Assembly (NCBI RefSeq): GCF_006345805.1
Contig: NC_043006.1
Location: forward strand, 73,036,001-73,100,000
Origin: Octopus sinensis
Lineage: Eukaryota
DNA length: 64,000 nt
Direction: 5' to 3'
This document shows, piece after piece, positions 49,696 to 64,000 of the stretch. Position 1 is the first letter of the stretch. Each line of letters opens with the position of its first letter. Under the pieces are notes generated by a model. It was not told the DNA's origin. It made no database searches and worked only from the letters and a program-made list of their open reading frames with translations. A program made the position numbers and the translations under genes.

Positions 49696-52600
49696 CTGCA
49701 AAAACAAAGAAAAAAATATATTGTTTTATATATATATATAAAAACAAAAACAAATGAACACACATGTACATAAACATTGTATTTTAATTTTTATGTCGAC
49801 CTTTCCAAGTAGACATGGGTTGGATGTGACAAGAAACAAAATTCAAGCACTGCACCAAATGAATAAGCAACAAGAATATATTCTCTGAAAGCATCAATGC
49901 TATTTGATGCCAATGGAGAAAGTGATACTGCAGAAAGGATAGTGACTTCCTGTTGACAACTGATTAAGGAGCAACCTATATGGAAACTAACAACAATATG
50001 TGCCAGTGCCACGTAAAGCATTGGTCGGTTCAGAAGTACAATAGATGTTTATCCAAGGTGCTGTACAGTAGGACTGAACCCAAAACAGTGGGTTGTGAAG
50101 AATGCTTCTCACCCACACAGCTATGGCTGTGATTTGAGTAAGACTTAGCTACTATTTCTAGCTGATTGAAAGACCAACTAAAGTGAACTTCTGTGTAGGG
50201 CAAACAATCTAATCTTTTGGGTAAGTAAATCACCATCAACATTTAATGTCTGTTTTCCAAGCTGGCATGGGTTGGATGGCTTGACTGGAGCTGGTAAGAC
50301 CCAGGGCCAGCACTTGGTTCATTAGTCTATTTTGGCTTGGTTTCTACAGTTGGATGCCCTTCCGAAAGCCAACCACTACACAGAGTGTACTGGTGCTTTT
50401 TATGTGGCACTAACACACAAAAAAAAAGTTATCATGCTCATTTGAAATAAACTGGTAACAAATGAATTCAACTGCAAATACAAACACGGAGAAAAACCAA
50501 AGAAAAGAGAAGGAGTAAAGAAACTTCAGTTTGTAAGAAAAAGAACAAAACATAGCAAAACGTATCAAAACAACAACAAAAAAAGCCAACAGATACTGTA
50601 AGAAGCATTGATTAAAGATGTGAGAGGACTAACTTAACAAAAGGCAGTGATTAAAGCTGTAAGACTTAACTTACTAATGTCTGATAATACAACATTATCA
50701 CGTTTTCCTCTGTCTATTTTTATCTAGAGTGCCCCTCCAGCACTAATTCATTGTCAACCCTCCTTCCCTCCATCAACTACTCATACATATTATCTATTCA
50801 CATCACATATCCATATCAGTTCAGTTATATCTCCTGATATCTTGCAGATTTCTTTCTTTGCTTTTCTCAGTTCACTTACAACCACACCACACAGCCTACC
50901 CAGACACAGTTATGAAGCCTGCTTTGCAACTGTGTAGTTCTGGACTCAATCCCACCAGAGGCAAGAGTCTTCAACTAACTGTAGCTTTGGTTTGAGACCA
51001 ATGCATTTGTCAGTGGAATTTGGTGGAGGGAAATTGTGCAGAAGCTGAAGGTGTGTGTGTTTGCATATATTGGAGTGCTGAGGTGAATCTTTTACTTGTG
51101 TTTCAGTTGTAGAACAGTGGCCATGCCGGGGCACTGCACAGACGGATATAGCCAAACAAACCAATTCCAGTATTTATTTATTAAGTCTGGTACTTATTCT
51201 ATTGTTCTCTTTTGCTGAATCATTAAGTTATGGGGATGTAAACAAACCAACACTAGTTATCAAGCATTGGGGAACACACACACATATACACACTCATGCA
51301 CATATAAATACATACAATGGGCTTCTACACAGTTGCTGCCAAACAAATTGACTTACAAGGCATTGGCTGGTATGGGGCTATAGTAGAAATAGTAGGCAGT
51401 GCTCCAGCATGGTCACAGTCACAACTGAAACAAGCAAAAACGCACACAAGATTCCACATAGTTTCCATCTAGCATATTCACTCACAAAGCACTGGTTGGC
51501 CTGAGGCTACAATAGAAGACACTTTCCCCAAAGTGCCATGGAGTGAGACTGAACCTCAAACCACATGGTTACAAAGCAAGCTTCTTTAACACACAGCCAT
51601 GTGGTCAAGAGTTTAATTGATAATCATGTGATTTCAACTACTCTGCTGCAAATTGGGCAAATATCTTCTACCACTAGCTTGGGTGGACTGATGCCTGATA
51701 TGTGAAATTTAGTAGACAGAGGCTATGGAAGCATGTGTGCATGTGTTTCTTAGTCAGGAAGGAGGCTGTGCTCACTTATGATCCCTTCCAAGAACCTCCA
51801 AGATAGATGGGGGGGGAGGGGTAGTTGTTCACAAGACACCTAGATCAAATGTTTACAATAAATTGGACTGCTAAAAGCACATTAGAGCTGGTGTTAAACC
51901 AGAGTGATGTATTAAGTGTACCACCTAAGTAGGCCATGGAAGGATTTTGAACTTGGTGCCACATAAAAAGCACTGGTGCTGCTGTCATGTAAAAAGCATC
52001 TAGTACACTTTGTGAAGGTGGCTGGTATTCTAGATGCAGGTGTAAAAACCAAGCTAAAACAGACTATGGAACCCAGTGTGGCTCTTGACCTTGCCAACTC
52101 CTGTCAAATCATACAACCCATGCCAGCATGGAAAATGGACATTAAATGATGATGATGTTGATGAACACAAAGAACCAGAACAAATGCCCCAATGCATTCT
52201 GTCTGATGCCCGAATGATTCTGCCAGTCCACTGTCCTAGAATGGTACTTTATAGACCCTGAAAAGGATGAAGGCAAAGCTGAGCTTGGCAGCCACTGAAC
52301 TTAGAACCCAAGACATTTTGTCCAACTTTCTAATGGTTTCTGCAGGTGGATATCAGAAAGTCAGACAAAATGCTTTGCTATCAACATTGCCACTAAGCTG
52401 TGTAGTTGCTGGACTGATGCTGTGCTTATTGAAAATCTTTGCAGCAGATTTTAATTTATAAATGAGTTTGTCATAAGCTACATGGAACATTGAATGCGGT
52501 ACACTGGCTTTGAATAGAAAATATTTTTGCTCAAATTATCGAGTTCCCTTTAGTCATTAGGAAAAATTAGAGGAAATGTTGCTTGTGGTATCTGATTATG

Positions 52601-53546
52601 TGCCTTTTCTTTCTGAGTTCAAATCCTATTTATACTGACTTTACCTTTCCTTCTTTCAGTGTCAACAATATAAATACCAGACAAAGTACTGGAGAAGGGG
52701 AGGTCAACATGATTCATAAAGACCGTAATTAACACCAAGATCACAGTTCAGTGATTGAAACCAATAGTAAAAGAAAATAGAAACCATCAAATAATTTAGT
52801 TTGTCGAAGAATGGTTTATTTATTATTTTACTTTGCTTTAGCCCTTCTCTCATTCTTGAGGTAGACCAACCAACTTATAGAAGTGGTATTAGTTACACAT
52901 CATTACATCTGGTTTGACATAACTGGGTTAAATGCATACATCCCCTTGCATAGTTAGATAACTAGTGCAAAGCAAGTTTTGTTGTGAAGGGGTTAGGACT
53001 GAAAGACCTCAACCAGCCAACAATAAATTGAATCAAGCAATTCATGCTTGGGTTGCTCCAATACATAAAAAAAACAACCCAGATACATAGGTTTTTGTTA
53101 TGGTTTTTTTTTTTTTTTTGTTTTTCCCACCAGTTGTGACAAGGTTAAACCAACCTTTGAGAGACACCCAATGACAGAACACTGAATCAAATAAAACTTT
53201 GAAAGCCTCAACAATGAATAAACGATTATGTAACATACAAAAGTTGTAAATTAATAACATGTTGATTTAAATGCAAAAAAATAAACTAGTTAAACTATCA
53301 CCTGAAAATAAATTACTTTCACACATAGGTAGTGTAAATCAATAGAAAATATTCTCATAAAAAGGGCAGTGGGTCAGCAAAAGTGTTAGAGTAATGGACA
53401 GAATGTCACAAAGTGTTTAATTGTTTATCTGTAAGCTCTGAATTCAAATCCTTCTGGGACTGATAAGTACCAGCTGAGTACTGAGATCTATTTAGTTAGC
53501 TATAGTCATCTCCCTTATTTGAAACCTAGTGCCTTTGTAAAGTGAA

Positions 53547-53878
53547 GGCGCATGGCTCAGTGGTTAGAGCATCGAGCTTACGATCGTGAGGTTGTGAGCT
53601 CGAATCCCGGACCGGGCTGCGTGTTGTGTTCTTGAGCAAGACACTTTATTTCACGTTGCTCCAGTTCACTCAGCTGTAGAAATGAGTTGCGACGTCACAG
53701 GTGCCAAGCTGTATCGGCCCTTGCCTTTCCCTTGGACAACATCGGTGACATGGAGAGGGGAGGCCGGTATGCATGGGCGACTGCTGGTCTTCCATAAAAC
53801 AACCTTGCCCAGACTTGTGCCTCAGAGGGTAACTCTCTAGGTGCAAACCCATGGTCAGTGTCTGACCGAAGGGGGTCA
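53547..53878 (+). mobile_element. Young tRNA-derived CORE/Meta-like SINE with near-intact Pol III boxes
   Basis: A-box TGGCTCAGTGG (53553-53563), B-box-like GCTCGAATCCC (53598-53608), tgtgttcttgagcaagacactt core. A diverged relative lies at 278-720. Confidence 0.75.
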
Positions 53879-54960
53879 CCACCACCTTTGTAAAACTATA
53901 GCATTAATACAACAACAACCCTTGCTAGTAAAGGCACAAGGTCTGAAACTTTTTGGGGGGAAGGGATTAGTTGATTACATCGACCCCAGTGTTTCACTGG
54001 TACTTAATTTATTGACCATGAAAGGACGAAAGGCAAAGTCAACCATGGCTGAATTGCTTCTGCCACTTACTGTCAAACTGTAACATCTCTTATCCTTCAC
54101 TTGCCCCAGGACGTTGGGGGTGTCTCGGCAAGGGATTGTAACAAACACGGAAATTAAAATTAAAAATAATAATAATAATAATGATAATAATCCTTTCTAC
54201 AATAGGCACAAGGCCTGAAATTTGTGGGGATGGGACTAGTCAATTACATTAACCCAGTGTTTCACCGGTACTTAATTTATTGACCCTGAAAGGGTGAAAG
54301 GCAACGTCGACCTTGGTGGAATTTGAACTCAGAATGAAATGACAGATGAAATACTGCTAAGCATTTCTCCCAGTATGCTGATGATTCTGCCAGTTTACTG
54401 CCTTAACAATGTCAAGTACTGGAGAAATAATAAAACTATAATCCACAACAACAATAGTTTCTGATTAAGGAACAAGGTCAGCAATTTTCAGTAGAAGGAA
54501 TTAGTCAACAGCACTGACCCCAGTACCTGGCTAGTGCTCTACTTCATTGATACTAAAAGGAGAAAAAGGTAAAGATGATCTGGTGAAATTTGAACTCATA
54601 ATGTAAAGAGCAAAGCATATTATTTTTCCAACAACAAGCACCATCCAAATGTGATTGATGCATGGGACGCTTGACTGGCTCCTGTGCCGGTAGCATGTGA
54701 AAAGCACCCACTACACTCTTGGAGTGGTTGGCATTAGGAAGGGCATCCAGCTATAGAAACATTGCCAGATCAGATTGGAGCCTGGTGCAGCTGCTGGCTT
54801 TCCAGACCTCAGTCAAACTATTCAACCCATGCCAGCATGGAACGTGGACATTAAATGATGATGATGATGAAGCAACAACAATTGTTTTTACAATAGGCCT
54901 GCAATTTTGTGGGAGTGGATAAGTCAATTACATCACTCCTAATATTCAACTGGCTTCTCA

Positions 54961-55475
54961 TCTTAACTGATTGGAAGTGTTATCATGTACATTGTTTTGT
55001 CTTGGTATAAAAGGTGGGCTGCAGCAAATATTCTGCTCAATACCACAGATTTGCTTGTCAGTTGTTTGACCTTGACCAGATGAGCATGTCCCTTAGTGGC
55101 ATCTCTGATCACAAGCAGAAGTAGTGGGGGAGCATCATAGCCATATGTTGAGAGGAATTCTTTGGGGTTTGAATAATTCACCTCTGGAAACATGGGTGTT
55201 TTGTTCAACATCCTTAAACAGCCTTTATTCAGGGACCTTTTGAGTGGGATGGGCTACTCAACCTGAAGAAAATTCTAACTGGGCCCCACCTGCAAGGTCA
55301 GTTGCAGTTAATCTTGATATGAGATTGCCATGTTGCACACATATAGTTGTGATGCATGTGCCTGGTGTACTCTTATCAAACGGGTAGTCATGATGGGTAA
55401 AGTGGGCTTCGTATATTTTACCCCAGTGTCACTTTGACGGCATACACTGCTCTCTCACTCAATAATAATAATAAT
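54961..55475 (+). mobile_element. 3' end of an unclassified LINE/SINE-like repeat with (AAT)n tail
   Basis: GC-richer block ending ctgctctctcactcaataataataat. No diagnostic protein motif found. Confidence 0.4.
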
Positions 55476-56194
55476 TTCAATTTTTTGGCATAAGGCCAGC
55501 AAGATCTGGGAGGGGGTAAATCAATTATATTGACCCCTGTGCGCAACTGGTACTTATTTATCAACCCTGAAAATCAACCTAGGCAGAACTTGAACTCAGA
55601 ATGTTAAGACAGACAATATGCTGCCAAGCATTTTGCCCAGCATGCTAATGATTCTGCCAGCTTGCCATCTTATAATAATAACTAGCTGGCCCTGTGCTAT
55701 CAAAAATGACGGCTAATTGTAGTTTTCATATATAAATAAGGTACAAACCAAGTTTTTAGTTTCATCATTCTTTTATTACCAAATTTTTTGTGAAAAATCT
55801 ATCTGCAACTAACATCCCTTGGCTGCTTGTTTCTGTCAAAAGAATTTTAAAGTTTACCTTCCTTCTCATATGACTTAAGGCCACATAAAGCTGGCTGTGG
55901 CTAAATACGGGAGCTGGCAAGTAAATACCAAATAAACAGAGTTGAAACGCTATTTGATTTTTCTTTCCATTGTTGAAGGTTTACCATCCCACATCTATTG
56001 TGCGCGCACACACATACACATTCTCACACAGAGTTGAAACACTGTTTGATTTGTCTTTTCACTGTAGAACTTCCATCATCTCACTACCAAGTTTGCCATC
56101 ACCCCTTCCTTCCTTATTTATCTATCACCTCTTCCTTTCCGATTGATATGTTGTAACGGAGAAAGACACAACAGTATTATTATAGTAGGTAACA

Positions 56195-56257
56195 ATAATA
56201 TTAATAATAGTAATAATAATGATGATGATAATAATAATAATTATAGTAATAATTATC

Positions 56258-56306
<49 letters not shown>

Positions 56307-56310
56307 TAAT
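56195..56310. repeat. Long interrupted (AAT)n microsatellite
   Basis: Direct reading. Confidence 0.95.
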
Positions 56311-56835
56311 CCTTTCTACTAAAGGCACAAAGCCTAATAATGCTATTCTAGAAACATTATGTCTGAAAAAAGGAGAGATTGTCATTATTGGAATGTCTCT
56401 GAATATAGATTTGATTACAGCAGATTTGGGGCTAAACAACAATTACTGAAAATTGATAAAATGTACAAAAACAAAACTAAATGCAAACATTAAAATAGGT
56501 TACATGATGTGACGAAAAAAGTATGTAAAAGGTATTTTTTGCCTACCCCACCTTTACACTGCACCTACTTTCTTCATTCTACACCAACGTTTCTTGAAGT
56601 GGGTGGTGGGAAATTTATATGAGTATGCATGTCACAGGAAGGGAGTGACAGATGTATCTTTTAATTGCTTTAAATTAAAACAATCTGTAAGTATTGATCT
56701 ATGCAGAGGAAATTAATGTCTCTTTAATTTTACAAATTCATAGATATGTGCAGTCTAACCCATGCCAGCATGGAATAAGGACGTTAAAGGATGTTGATGA
56801 TGTAACTTATATTAAATTAGTGTTTTGGTTTAAAG

Positions 56836-57796
56836 CAGAGGTTCTCAGGTGGGCTCTGTATGAACCTTGGTGGGGTCCATATAAGATTTTGTTATGTACA
56901 ATAAATAACTTATACTTAGGAGTGGCTTGCTTACGAACCACATGGTTCCAGGTTCATTTCCACTGCGTGGCACCTAGGGCAAGTGTCTTCTACTATAGCC
57001 TCGGGCCGACCAAAGCCTTGTGAGTGGATTTGGTAGATGGAAACTATATATATATATATATGCGTGTGTCTGTGTATGTTTGTGTGTCTGTGTTTGTCCC
57101 CCTAACATCGCTTGACAACCGATGCTGGTGTGTTTGCATCCCTGTAACTTAGCGGTTCAGCAAAAGAGACTGATAGAATAAGTACTAGGCTTACAAAGAA
57201 TAAGTCCGGGGGTTGATTTGCTCGATTAAAGGCGGTGCTCCAGCAAGGCTACAGCCACATGACTGAAACAAGTAAAAGAGTTCTACAATACACAAAATAT
57301 TTTAACAATTTTTTTAAAAACAAATCCAAATAATATTTAATTATAAAAGGACTTTTTAAACATCAAATGATTCTCACAGAAATGATGACAAATGATTGAG
57401 ACCTTTGGCAGTTTACTGTACTTGAGAAGACTCATTAGGCCAAGTGAAATTGTAGTCTTGGACAGTGCTGTCCAAGTAAAAGGCACTTGTGATAGTGATA
57501 CATAAAAGGCACCAGTGACGGTGACACGTAAAAGGTACTCATGCCAGTGACATATAAAAAGCACCCAGTACACTCTTGAAGTGGTTGGCATTAGGAAGGG
57601 CATCCAGCCATAGAAACCAAGCCAAATCAAGCTGGAGCCTGGTAAAGCTCTCTGGCTTACCAGTTCCAGTTGAACTGCCTAACCAAGGCTAGCATGGAAA
57701 ACAGACACTAAATAATGATGATGAAATGGCTCTGAGGGTCCATCTGAGTAAAATACAAATCAAAGGGGTCCAAAAACAAAAGTAGAAGTATCACTG
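56836..57796. mobile_element. Degenerate hAT MITE with nested SINE and RTE 3' end
   Basis: Ends cagaggttctca / aagtatcactg, flanks gtttaaag/gtctaaaa, and shares ggggtcca motifs with the hAT family. Confidence 0.5.
56918..57280 (+). mobile_element. Bipartite tRNA-derived SINE nested in a hAT MITE
   Basis: Family consensus ending aagtaaaagag. Confidence 0.8.
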
Positions 57797-58391
57797 GTCT
57801 AAAAGCTGAAATGCATTTATTTTCATACAAGTGATGGACATAATCTATTGCTCAGTTTAACACCTGGCCCTAGGGTACATTTAGCAGAATCTACTGTTAT
57901 GAACGTTTGGGCAAGGCCTCCTGTTTGAGGATACGTTCCTCCCTACCTCTCAAAGTTCTGGTAAAAGGTCATATGGATATTCCTTCCCCACTGACTTAAT
58001 CTTTTACTGGTTTTAGTCATTGAATGGTGGCCATGCTGGGGCACTGCCTTCAAAGGATATAGTTGAACAAATTGACCCTACTACTTCTTAAATTCTTTTT
58101 AAAGTCTAGTACTTGTTATATTGGTTTCTTTTACCAAACTGCTAAGTTGTGGAGATGCAAACAAATTGACACTGGTTGTCAAGCAATGGTGGGTAGAGAA
58201 CAAACATGAATACAAAGACACATACACATGATGGGTTTCCATATTTATCATCTACCAAATTCACTCACTAGGTATTGGCTGACCTAGGGCTATAGCAGTA
58301 GACATTTGCCACATGTGTTATACAGTAGGACTGAACCCAAAACCACATGGTTGCAAAGCAATCTTCTTAACCACACAGATATGCTTGCTCC

Positions 58392-58781
58392 TTACTCTTT
58401 ACTCTTTCACTTGTTTCAGTCATGTGACTGTGGCCGTGCTGGAGCACCGCCTTTAGTCAACCAAATCGACCCCAGGACTTATTCTTTGTAAGCCTAGTAC
58501 TTATTCTATTGGTCTCTTTTGCTGAACCGCTATGTTACAGGGACGTAAACACACTAGCATCAGTTGTCAAGCGATGTTGGGGGGACAAACACACTCACAT
58601 ATATATATATATATATATACGACAGGCTTCTTTCAGTTTCTGTCTACCAAATAATAATACAAGGCTATGGTCGGCCCGAGGCTATAGTAGAAGACATGCC
58701 CAAGGTGCCATGCAGTGGGACTGAACCAGGAACCATGTAGTTCATAAGCAAGGTACTTACCACACAGCCACTCCTACGCCT
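58392..58781 (-). mobile_element. Bipartite tRNA-derived SINE
   Basis: Full family consensus on the minus strand. Confidence 0.8.
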
Positions 58782-61292
58782 AAGCAAAAAAAAAAAAGCC
58801 ACTTTCAGAATTGGATATGCATGAAACTTCATCCTGAAAAAGGAGTTCTCCACCCATAGTATAGAGGGGCCCTTTTTTTTTTTCTTTTTTTTTTTCAAAC
58901 AGATGTTGACTAAGATATGTTTAGCTTCACATGAACCTATTAACTCTTACCAGTTTGAAGATCATAATCATAATACCGTCTCCTGATTAAACCACAACAC
59001 CTTCCTCCACACACACTCGTTCACTTCAGAAGTTACGGCAGCAGTGTATACTTGATGCAGTGGATAAGTGTTTGTACATTTATGAGTCAATGAAAACTCT
59101 AGAATTATCATCAAGGAGATAAAAAATAAAATGCAAATTAGAAAAAAAAAAACTAATAAAAAAGGATGCAAAATTGCACAAATCTGCATAAAATCAAAAT
59201 GAAGCATTTTGATTTGTGCGATTATTTTTTTTTTAAATTCAAGTTAGACTTCACTATATTGTGTAAGCAATAAGCATGAAAGCTGATGATAAAAGTCCAT
59301 CAGCAACAACAACAAATGTTTTAAATTCATTTTCCTTGCTAAAGCAGACAAGGAGTAGTCTATCAGGTATCACCATCACCATCATCGTTTAACGTCTGCC
59401 TTCCATGCTAACATGGGTCGGACGATTTGACTGAGGACTAGCGAACCAGATGGTTGCACCACGCCCCAATCTTGATCTGCCAGAGTTTCTACAGCTGGAT
59501 GCCCTTCCTAATGCCAACCACCCCAAGAGTGTAGTGGGTGCTTTTACGTGCCACCGGCATGAGGGCCAGTCAGACGGTACTGGCAACAGCCACGCTCAAA
59601 TGGTGCTTTTTACATGCCACCTGCACAGGAGCCAGTCCAACAGCACTGGCAACGACAGAATTGTTTATTAATAGTACTCATCATGGTTCATTTACAGAGG
59701 CTGGATGCCTTTCCTGTCGCCAGCCCTTTCAGTCCACTCTTACAATGATGTGCAGGGATACTGTGTACCTATTCCAAGATCTGAGATAAATGCAGTGATG
59801 TATTTCAACTGAATATTTTATCTATATACAGGGTTTGTTTGATTTAATGTAACACACATGCACACACACACACACACACACAAAAGTACTTGGACCACCC
59901 CTGTATTAGAAGTATATAGAATTTACTGTTACTTTCTTAGCCCAAAAGTCAGCCCTGGTAGAGCAGATGTGTGCTCAAAGATGTCCTAGATGTGAAAATC
60001 CAGTCCTATTGTATTTCAAAATTATGTTCATTGTGTACATTATCTAAGACAGTTGAGTGTGATTTGAGAGAGATTTGGCTGCTATTTCTAGCAGAACAAA
60101 CAACAACATAGAGGCTCTCTTTGTTGGCTTGTATGTCTTTGTGTATTTGTGTGTAGCAGTGCATTATATTACATTCTTTACAGTAAAGCACAGACATTCA
60201 ATAAATAGAGCATATTAAATACTTGGATTGGTATAATTGACTAAAACTCATGACGGTGGTGAGTGTCTTGGTATGACTGTAGTGGTCTGATGACTGGAAT
60301 TAGTAAAAGTATCATCTTTTTTTTCTGCGTCAATCTTAAATTGAGTACTGCTGTACCAGCCAGTAGTTAGTTATTCAAGGTGCCAATCAGGTGAACAAAT
60401 GAGAGAAAAAGTCAGGTCAGTGTGCAGGGTTTGTGAACTGCAAAAGAACAGTATCAGGTAATGTGGTGGCCTTCATGGGTGGAGGCAAAGGTCTTTTGGT
60501 GGAGAGTACTGTCAGGATTGAAAGAGGGCAGGCAAATTGCTACCATCATCATTTTAATATCCACTTTTCCATGCTTGCATAGATCAGAGACAATTTATCA
60601 AGGCAGGTTTTCTATGGCTGGATGCCCTTCTTATTGCCAACCTGAGATAATGATGTCCTTATTGCCTGACATGTGCAGGATATTGGAAAAGTGAATGACA
60701 TGGTTTGTATGACAGTGACACTCATTTACAATTATCACATGATGACATGACAAGGAGATATGAATGTACACACAGAGACACACATGTATATATATATGTG
60801 CATGTGTGTATGTATATAGTATATGTTTGTCTATCTAAATGTATGTCTATACAGGAGCCTATGACCATAAGCTCTGGCATGGCTGAGTGGTTAAGATGTT
60901 CACTTCACAATCACATGCTTTTGGTTCCAATGCTTGGTACCTTGAGTAAGTGTTTTCTGCTAGAGCCCCCAGTTGACCAAAACCTTGTGAGTAGATGTGG
61001 CAGATAGAAATAGCAGGAAGCCTGTCATTCATTCATTCATACATACACACATCATCCTCGCTATTTTAACATCTGTTTTCCATCGGTTGGACAGTTTCAC
61101 AGGATCCAGTGAGCTGCAAAGAAGTGAACTGAGGGTTCAGCCATCAGATGAAATACCATATAATTGTTTAGCTGAACAACAATTTCCCCGTTGTTCCATA
61201 TCATCGAAGCTGGTTAACCAGAACATAGATTATACTAGAGTGCTTGTAAGGTACTTGCCCAGATTTCATATCTCTATCCATTCACACACACA

Positions 61293-61367
<75 letters not shown>

Positions 61368-62307
61368 TGTATGTTAAAGAGAGCAGAAAGCAAAGTGAAA
61401 ACAGTACAAGAAACATTGTGCAGAAAATAAAAAAAAAGTCATTATAATGAGGGTTTAGAAAGCTTAATTAAGAATCCCAGCTGTAATGTAGTGGGAGTAG
61501 TAGTGGTAGTGGTGGTGGAGGCCAAACACAGTGAATGGTATCACATTAACTATTCATAAGTTAGCCTAGCTTAACTTCACATAGATAGCAGTAGCAAGTT
61601 GTGAACACAGCCAACTATCAGTAAATAATGGTAGTAGTCGTAGTAGTAAGCTCTGTAGGAATTTATAGTGTCATGTTTCTGGCATACCAACAGGTGATGT
61701 ACTGAATTATTCTCTCAAGTTACCTACCTGGTTGTTGTATGTTTGGTATTTTTGAAATATCACTGTAACAGCAAACAGTAGAATCTCATATTTATCTATA
61801 ACTTTTTAAAGTTGCCAGCTTGTTTTCATTTCTCCCAGACTGAGAAAACTGCAATTTTTATACAATACACACATAGACACAGTTGTGTGGTTAAGAAGCT
61901 CACTTTGCAACCACGTGGTTTTAGGTTCAGCACTACTGCACAGCACCTTGGGCAAGTGTCTTCTACTACAGCCCCTGACCAACTAATGCCTTCTAAGTGA
62001 ATTTGATACACAGAAACTATATGGAAGCTCATCATGTATGTGTGAATGTATAAATATATTGCTAGTGCTGATGTCACATAAAAAAGCATCCAGTCCATAC
62101 TGTAAAGTGGTTGGCATTTGGAAGGGCATCCAGTAGTAAAAACCTTACTAAAACTGACCTTGCTTGTGCCATATAAAAAGCACTCAGTCCACTCTGCTGG
62201 GTGGTTGGTGTTAGGAAGGGAATCCATCTGTAAAAACCCTGTTAAAACATCCAACCCATGCCAACATGGAAGGTGGACGTTAAACGATGATGATAATGAT
62301 GTATGTA

Positions 62308-62352
<45 letters not shown>

Positions 62353-62722
62353 GCATGTATGTGTGTCTTCCCCACCACAGCTTGGCAACCAGTGTTGTTT
62401 TGTTTATGTTCCTATAACTTAATGGGTTGGTGAAATAGTCATATTAAGTACCAGACTTCAAAAAAATAAGTACTTCAGTTGATTTGGTTGACAAAACCCA
62501 TCGAAGTAGTGCTTCAGTACAGCCACAGTTCAATGACTTCAACCAAGGAAAAGAGAGACACGTGTTGTAATTGTATAGTTGTTGCTAAGCTAAGTCAACT
62601 AATATTGAGCAGAACAATGATGAAAGACACTCTGGCTTTGACCATCCTGTCTGTTTTTCAAGTATATAAGACAACAGTATCTAATGTACATACGCACGCA
62701 TGCATGCATGTATGTATGATAT

Positions 62723-62764
<42 letters not shown>

Positions 62765-63261
62765 ATGTATGTATGAATGATATAAGCATGTATATGTATG
62801 TACGTCTGATGTCTGTATGGGCTACAGTATCTACTGTGACTTCCTTATTCAAGACATCTGAGATTGGGAAATATTTGGCTGCTATTTTTTGCAGATCACA
62901 CAACCATGTAGAGGCTCCCTTGCTGGATTGTTGCAGTCATGCATATGTAGGTATGTATGTGTATCTGAAAAAGATGGAACAAGAAGCTGAAAGCAGCAAC
63001 TGGGGGAGGCCTCAGTTTTGAGATGAATAAACCCTACTACATATAGCGAGGCAGTTTTTTTTCATTTCTGTCTCCTGTGCATTACTTTAATCCTGCAGCA
63101 TTTAAACCAGCCATGTCCAGATCCAAAACATTCTACTTGCTTTATGTTCAAACTGGTCAGATCTGGTTTCTCACACCTGCCCTACAATGTTATGCTAAAA
63201 ACGAACAATCATGTCATTATAATATTGAAGGTTTGAGAAAATGAATGATTAATTCAAATAA

Positions 63262-63625
63262 GGCGCAGGAGTGGCATGTAGTAAGTGGCTTGCTTACCAA
63301 CCACATGGTTCCGGGTTCATTCCCAGTGCATGGCACCTTGGGCAAGTGTTTCCTACCAAAGCCTTGTGAGTGGATTTGGTAGACAGAAACTGAAAGAAGC
63401 CCGTTGTATATATGTATGCGTATGTGTGTTTATGTGTTTGTGTTTGTCCTCCCAACATCGCTTGACAATTGATGCTGGTGTGTTTATGTCCCCGTAACAT
63501 AGCGGTTTGGCAAAAGACACCGATAGAATAAGTACTAGGCTTACAAAGAATAAGTCCTGGCTCGATTTGCTCGACTAAAGGCAGTGCTCCAGCATGGCCA
63601 CAGTCAAATGACAAACAAAAGAGAA
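63262..63625 (+). mobile_element. Bipartite tRNA-derived SINE
   Basis: Full family consensus. Confidence 0.8.
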
Positions 63626-63682
63626 ATGTCAATGAATAAGCATTGCATTTGACAGAACAGTCTGAATGCTAAAGGCTCTCTT

Positions 63683-63724
<42 letters not shown>

Positions 63725-64000
63725 ATACTACTTGCATTTATGTCAGCCTGAATCTAAACAGGTTTCAGTTTTAAAGAAATTGCTTTAGTCATTTAAACTG
63801 CAATGATTATGGCCATGCTTAGTAACCACCATGCACTGTAGTGTATGCACGAGTACTTGTGTAAATGCATGCATAGGTGCATATGTATGCACACATGAAA
63901 ATGCCTGAAGCATTAACCTGTTCGTGACCATATTTTAAACAAGATACAAATACATTGTTAATATGTTCTTACTAATTTTTTAAATAAATTAAGAATTTGG

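Noticed and set aside
53547-53620. Possible tRNA gene
   Set aside because: A and B boxes are present, but there is no complete acceptor stem and the sequence continues into a SINE body.
56125-56449. Poly-Ile ORFs on both strands
   Set aside because: Translation of an (AAT)n microsatellite.

Overview
AT-rich, repeat-dense eukaryotic DNA. The tRNA-SINE, Nin-SINE and RTE repeat families, (TA)/(CA)/(CAT) microsatellites and >9-kb introns point to an octopus (coleoid cephalopod) genome; this is an inference. The one supportable host gene lies on the minus strand. Four coding exons (48974-48393, 35151-34398, 21038-20339, 10936-10814) join with canonical GT-AG sites and matching phases (0,1,2) into a >=719-aa protein. 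It resembles GARRE1/KIAA0355 (N-terminal DUF4745-like helical region, EELDSVINLLSG motif, repeated TWP motifs) but seems to lack the vertebrate central domain. A probable 5' leader exon carries two uORFs. The introns hold SINEs, RTE LINE pieces, a decayed mariner, hAT/piggyBac/Tc1-mariner MITEs, Helitrons and Penelope-type remnants. They also hold two near-identical tandem duplications (3x ~485 bp, 2x ~1.39 kb). The most unusual signal is a set of minimal type-I hammerhead-ribozyme-like folds, the two best sharing a non-canonical CCGANGA core. Nearly all other ORFs in the track are chance frames through repeats. All homology calls come from recalled motifs, not database searches.
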